Source: Eledone cirrhosa | Taxonomy: Eukaryota | Direction: 5' to 3' | Assembly: GCA_964016885.1 (NCBI GenBank) | Contig: OZ024765.1 | Span: 6,076,001-6,140,000 of the forward strand | Length of the DNA stretch: 64,000 nt | Part shown: in pieces, positions 58,155 to 64,000 of the stretch | How positions within the stretch are numbered: the first letter of the stretch is position 1 | Layout: each line of letters starts with the position of its first letter | Position numbers and translations under genes: made by a program | Notes under the pieces: generated by a model | What the model was told of the DNA's origin: nothing | Databases searched by the model: none | Seen by the model: only the letters and a program-made list of their open reading frames with translations

Positions 58155-59400
58155 TATATTAGTTGAATTTGTTCTAGATACTTCCAATGTCTCTTCTCTG
58201 TGGTTTGAGGGATATTTAGTTGCCATTTCTAACGACTAAAGAGTGTCTGTAATATCGTGTAAGTAAAGTGTGTTTTGGGCTGCTATTTCTAGCGTGGCTG
58301 ATCATAAAGTTGGGCGTCTGACGGATTCAGCTGTTTGTTAGAGTCGCTTGCAAAGGGCAGTAACTCCTCCAAGTAAATTCTTTTATGCGTTAATTCCCTT
58401 CGATTATAATTTTAAAAATAAAATATTGACCCGCTAGTTTTGTTACTTAATAACCTTTTAAATTATGAATACTTTTAATTGAAACTTTGCATATGTACGT
58501 AATAAAATGTGTAGATTACGATTATATATTAAAATATACCATAATGCGAAAATTTTACAAGCCGTTTATGTTTACAAGTAGATTTGGCTACTGTTTCTAG
58601 CATTACAGTTATGGTTTTAAAGAAATTTCGTTGTTAGTAGTATTTTAAGTCGTCAGATGCTTTAAACGGCCTGGTGCCATACCTAACTTAGAAACACACA
58701 TATATATATATATCCATAATGAAACTCCATCTTCCTTCTTTCTAGCTCTCTTCTCTAAATCCAAACAATACAGCCCGTCTACCCCCAGGATTTAAGTTTC
58801 ACGCAGTTCTCTCCCTTGCAAGATTGACAACCACAACGTGACTCTTCCACGAGAGCTTCCGTCATATGCCACATAATCTTCTCAGCGTCCAGTTTATTGA
58901 ATGGAGTTGACCAATGTATCTCCTACCAAATACAGAACATGTGGCCAACCACACGTGTGTGTGTGTGACAGTTCATACCTATGCAGGTTTAGTTGGCCTC
59001 CTCCAAGGTATATCTCGTTGGAGGTGTCTTGGGTAATTTAATGATAGGGACCCCAGTCCTATCATCTCATTTCTACAGCTGAGTAAACTGAGTAAACATT
59101 TCTACAGCTGAGTAAACAATGTGAAATAAAGTGTCTTGCTCAAGGAAACAACACATCACCCAGTCTGAGAATTGAACTCACAACGTTTTGATTGCAAGCC
59201 CAATGCTCTAACCACTAAACCAACTAAACCTGCATAGGTGTGAGCTGTCACACACACACAAGGTCAACTTTGCCTTTCATCTATTCATGGTTGATAAAAG
59301 AAGTACAAGTTAAGAACTGGGGTTGATTCTTCCTCAATCTCTTTCCTTCTCTGGAAGAAATCTGCTCTATTCAGACCTGGAGAAAATTGGGCTCCAAGTA

Positions 59401-59604
59401 TTAACCCTTTAGCATTTAAACCAGCCAGAACTCTCTCACCTCTTTCTGTTCATACCAGCTGTAACCGGCCATTCATACCAATGTTAAGGTATTGTTCTCA
59501 AAATAGATAATATCAAAATCTCATAGATTCAATATTATGCAAGATAAAGCATTTACCACAAAAATAATAGTATATACAGAGTAATGTAAATGGTAAAGGG
59601 TTAA
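59401..59604. mobile_element. Unexpanded (single-unit) copy of the TTAA MITE
   Basis: TTAA on both sides; the paralogous host repeat at 2770-2875 has a single TTAA. Confidence 0.85.
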
Positions 59605-59756
59605 AATACCCTAGAAACACCATATATCAATACAGCACCCCTATGACTCCCTCAGGAGGTGTAGAGCCATGTCATGTATGCTTCATTTGAAGGCCTGTAC
59701 AGAAAAAAAATAAAATAAAATAAAACAGTGTCAAAATAATGAAATGAGAAACAAAT

Positions 59757-60921
59757 TTACTTACCTCGCCGAGTCCTGCCCTAATCATCACTTTAATCTA
59801 GTGACATAATCACTTACCTCGCCGAGTCCTGCCCTAATCATCACTTTAATCTAGTGACATAATCACTTACCTTGCTGAGTCCTGCCCTAATCATCACTTT
59901 AATCTAGTGACATAATCACTTACCTTGTTGGGTCCTACCTCAATCATTACTTTAATCTAGTGACATAATCACTTACCTTGCTGAGTCCTGCCCTAATCAT
60001 CACTTTAATCTAGTGACATAATCACTTACCTTGTTGGGTCCTAGCTCAATCATTACTTTAATCTAGTGACATAATCACTTACCTTGCTGAGTCCTGCCCT
60101 AATCATCACTTTAATCTAGTGACATAATCACTTACCTTGTTGGGTCCTACCTCAATCATTACTTTAATCTAGTGACATAATCACTTACCTTGCTGAGTCC
60201 TGCCCTAATCATCACTTCAATCTAGTGACATAATCACTTACCTTGTTGGGTCCTACCTCAATCATTACTTTAATCTAGTGACATAATCACTTACCTTGCT
60301 GAGTCCTGCCCTAATCATCACTTCAATCTAGTGACATAATCACTTACCTTGTTGGGTCCTACCTCAATCATTACTTTAATCTAGTGACATAATCACTTAC
60401 CTTGCTGAGTCCTGCCCTAATCATCACTTCAATCTAGTGACATAATCACTTACCTTGTTGGGTCCTAGCTCAATCATTACTTTAATCTAGTGACATAATC
60501 ACTTACCTTGCTGAGTCCTGCCCTAATCATCACTTCAATCTAGTGACATAATCACTTACCTTGTTGGGTCCTACCTCAATCATTACTTCAATCTAGTGAC
60601 ATAATCACTTACCTTGTTGGGTCCTACCTCAATCATTACTTTAATCTAGTGACATAATCACTTACCTTGTTGGGTCCGACCTCAATCATTACTTTAATCT
60701 AGTGACATAATCACTTACCTTGCTGAGTCCTGCCCTAATCATCACTTCAATCTAGTGACATAATCACTTACCTTGTTGGGTCCTAGCTCAATCATTACTT
60801 TAATCTAGTGACATAATCACTTACCTTGTTGGGTCCTACCTCAATCATTACTTTAATCTAGTGACATAATCACTTACCTTGTTGGGTCCTACCTCAATCA
60901 TTACTTTAATCTAGTGACATA
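59757..60921. repeat. 53-bp minisatellite, about 22 copies, two alternating variants
   Basis: AATCACTTACCTTG(CTGAGTCCTGCCCT|TTGGGTCCTACCTC)AATCATYACTTTAATCTAGTGACAT. Confidence 0.93.
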
Positions 60922-61074
60922 AATCCATGACAAACTCTACCTACCTATACTCTTAGCAGAATTTCTCAGGTCTACCTAGTTCACCCACAGACGTGTCTAC
61001 ACCCTACACCAGATAAAGGAAAACAAGCCCAACACTGTCCTAGAAGTAGGCCCTGTCAACAATACTACTACCAT

Positions 61075-61400
61075 AGCTGTGACATCACACACCTGTCACT
61101 CATACCACTACCACTACCACTAATGTGACATCACACACCTGTCACCACTACCACTAATGTGACATCACACACCTGTCACCACTACCACTAATGTGACATC
61201 ACACACCTCTCACCACTACCACTACCACTAATGTGACATCACACACCTGTCACCACTACCACTACCACTAATGTGACATCACAGACCCTGTGACTGATAC
61301 CACTACCATTAATGTGACATCACACACCTGTCACCACTACCACTACCACTAATGTGACATCACAGACCCTGTGACTGATACCACTACCACCAATGTCACA
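61075..61400. repeat. About 34-46-bp variable minisatellite
   Basis: AATGTGACATCACACACCTGTCACC(ACTACC)n. Confidence 0.85.
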
Positions 61401-62295
61401 GCCTGCCATATGTTGACATCAAGTGACTCCACTCCTGTTCCAGCTGTAGTGACATACAGCATGTCGTGAGCTTATTAAACCTGGCTAAGCCCCATCCCAT
61501 CTCCCAGTTTGAACATGGTTGACTTCTGTAAATAAAAGAGGTATAGGAGGAAGAATCGACCCCAATACTTACTGGTGCTTTTTTTTTTTTATCAACCTCA
61601 AAAGGATGAAAGGTAAAGTTGACCTCGGTGGGATTTGAACTCCGAGAGCAGAGAACTGGATTGAATACCACAAAGCATTCTAACAGCTCTAACAGCATCA
61701 TCATTGTCATCACCGTTTAACATCCATTTCTCCATGCTAGCATCGTTAGACAAGTTGTCTTGTGAGACAAGCCAGATCAGATGACCATGTCTGTTGCTGT
61801 CTTGATTTCTACGACTGGACGCTCTTCCTAATGCCAACCACATTTACAGAAATATTTTAGGGGGAAAAAAAGAAAAGGGAGATTTTTATAGTAGTACTGA
61901 AAAACAAAAGAAAACATGTTAAATTTTTCTTTGATTTTGAAAAATAGCGAGATAGAATAGAATAGAGAGAGTGTTGTAGAAAAGACTGTATTGAACAGTA
62001 AAACAAATAGTTACCAAATAATAATAATAATAAATAAAATAAATAAATAAATAAATAAATAAATACAAAATTGAAAAAAAAAAAGAATAAAAAAAATTAA
62101 TAAAAAAAAAAACAAAATTGTTCTTTTAATCCAGCTATTTAATAAACCAATTGTTCTTGGAACTCAGCGATTTAATTGCCAGAAAAAGCAAATTAACGAG
62201 TTTTTGAAGAAATATCTTTGATGAAAAATCACAGTTATGAAATGCACGGAACAGCAATTCTGAAGAATTTTCTTATTAAATCAGTTTCTTTGTCT

Positions 62296-62920
62296 TTGTA
62301 AAGTATTCGAAGGGGGTGTGGTCTTTTGTGAATTCCTTGTAAAGTATTCGAAGAGGGTGTGGTCTTTTGTGAATTCATTGTAAAGTACTTGAAGGGGGTG
62401 TGGTCTTTTGTGAATGCTTTGTAAAAGTTTCGAAAGGGGTGTGGAACTTTGTGATTTCATTGTAAAGTATTTGAAAGGGTGTGTGGACTTTTGTCAATTC
62501 CTTGAAAATTATTTAAAAGGAGTGTAGACTTTTGTGAATTCCTTGTAAAGTATTTGAAAGGGGCCTGGGACATTTGTGGTTTCATTGTAAAGTATTTGAA
62601 AGAAAGCATGGACATTGTGAATTCCTTGTAAAGTATTTGAAAGGGAGACGTGTACATTTGTCAATTCATTGTAAAGTATTTCAAGGGGGCATGGAACATT
62701 TGTGGTTTCATTGTAAAGTGTTTGAAGGGGGCCTGGGTTGTGGACATATGTGAATTCATTGTGAAGTGTTTCAAGGGGACATGGGCATTTGTCAGTCCCT
62801 TATAACAAATTTGAGGATGCGTGGACTTTTGTGAATTCATTATAAAAGATTTGAAAGGGGACGTGGAACTATGAATTCCATGTAAAGTATTTGAGGGCAA
62901 GGGGCTGGAACATTTGTCAG
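62296..62920. repeat. Degenerate about 41-bp minisatellite, about 15 copies
   Basis: TTGTAAAGTATTCGAAGGGGGTGTGGTCTTTTGTGAATTCC. Confidence 0.85.
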
Positions 62921-63767
62921 TCCCTTTCTCTCATCTTTCTTTAATATTTTTATGTTTTTACTATTTAAATTTTCATTTATTTTGTTATTTATGCTAATGA
63001 GGCTGCTTAGTTTTCTAAATGTCTCAGAAAAATCAGGATCTGTCAGAGATACGCATGTATGTTATATGTGTGTATGTATGTCTGTATATATATATGAAAA
63101 TATATATACATATATACCTACTTATATATAAATATTCATATATATATATAATCATATATATATACATAATAATATTCATATTTATATATATATATATAAA
63201 TATTCATATATTTATATATATATATATAAATATTCATATATTTATATATATATATATAAATATTCATATATATATATATATATATATAAATATTCATATA
63301 TATATATATATATAAATATTCATATATATATATATATATTCATATATATATATATATATTCATATATATATATATATATTCATATATATATATATATATT
63401 CATATATATATGAATATATATATATATATTCATATATATATATATATTCATATATATATATATTCATATATATATATACAGACATCCACATATTATCCTT
63501 CTCCACCCCACCTTACCCCTGTAGTAGCTATTCTCAACATCACCATACATCCCTACCCCCATACACACATAGTCTATCCTGGGACACTGCCTACCCCTAT
63601 CCTCACTAAACACTTTGCCCCCTTCTAAATCCTCACCCCTCCACAGTCTATCCTGGGACACTGCCTACCCCTATCCTCACTAAACACTTTGCCCCCTTCT
63701 AAATCCTCACCCCTCCACACAGTCTATCCTGGGTCACAGCCCACCCATCTTCTCTTTCTACTCTAGA

Positions 63768-64000
63768 TCATACCCCTTCCTCCTCACTAAACCCTGACAT
63801 CCCAGTCATAGCTACTCCCACCCCAGTACCTACTATCACCACGGTACCTTCCACACTGCCAGGGGTTGTCCTTCTCTCCCATCCCCTAGCCCTCACCCTG
63901 TCAAATCCCTCTATATTTGACACTGCCCCACTTCTGTCAGTAGGGTAGTGAGGGCTCTCAAGCTGAGCCAACGACGACAACCTCTCTAGTGGTGCCGGGG
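63768..64000 (-). CDS. Possible C-terminal coding segment of a neighbouring minus-strand gene
   Basis: Non-repetitive, GC-richer, open to the window edge (PAPLERLSSLAQLESPHYP...EEEGV*); no recognisable domain. Confidence 0.3.
   Translation of the reverse strand, partial: PAPLERLSSLAQLESPHYPTDRSGAVSNIEGFDRVRARGWERRTTPGSVEGTVVIVGTGVGVAMTGMSGFSEEEGV

Overview
Repeat-saturated animal genomic DNA; the SINE families and huge (TA)n/(GATA)n/(CCA)n tracts suggest an octopus-like cephalopod (inference). The only well-supported gene is the 3' part of a BMPER/Crossveinless-2 orthologue on the + strand: 12 phase-compatible GT-AG exons from 1287 to 37496, encoding the end of VWC1, VWC2-5, a VWD domain with the FGDPH cleavage motif, C8 and TIL. 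Almost all long ORFs in the supplied track are microsatellite artefacts. The rest is mobile DNA and tandem arrays: a degenerate Tx1/L1-clade LINE plus fragments that all sit in (TCTA)n repeats, RTE LINE fragments, tRNA-derived SINEs, and hAT, mariner and TTAA (piggyBac-type) MITEs. Several minisatellites demonstrably grew inside transposons. The most striking unexplained pattern is a set of about 10 sequence-unrelated, non-coding, Penelope-like elements in (TA)n tracts. Most share one architecture: inverted duplication (hairpin up to about 370 bp per arm), minimal hammerhead-ribozyme core, AATAAA, and a conserved RCTC...GAGY tail stem. Non-exon coordinates were read by eye and are approximate.
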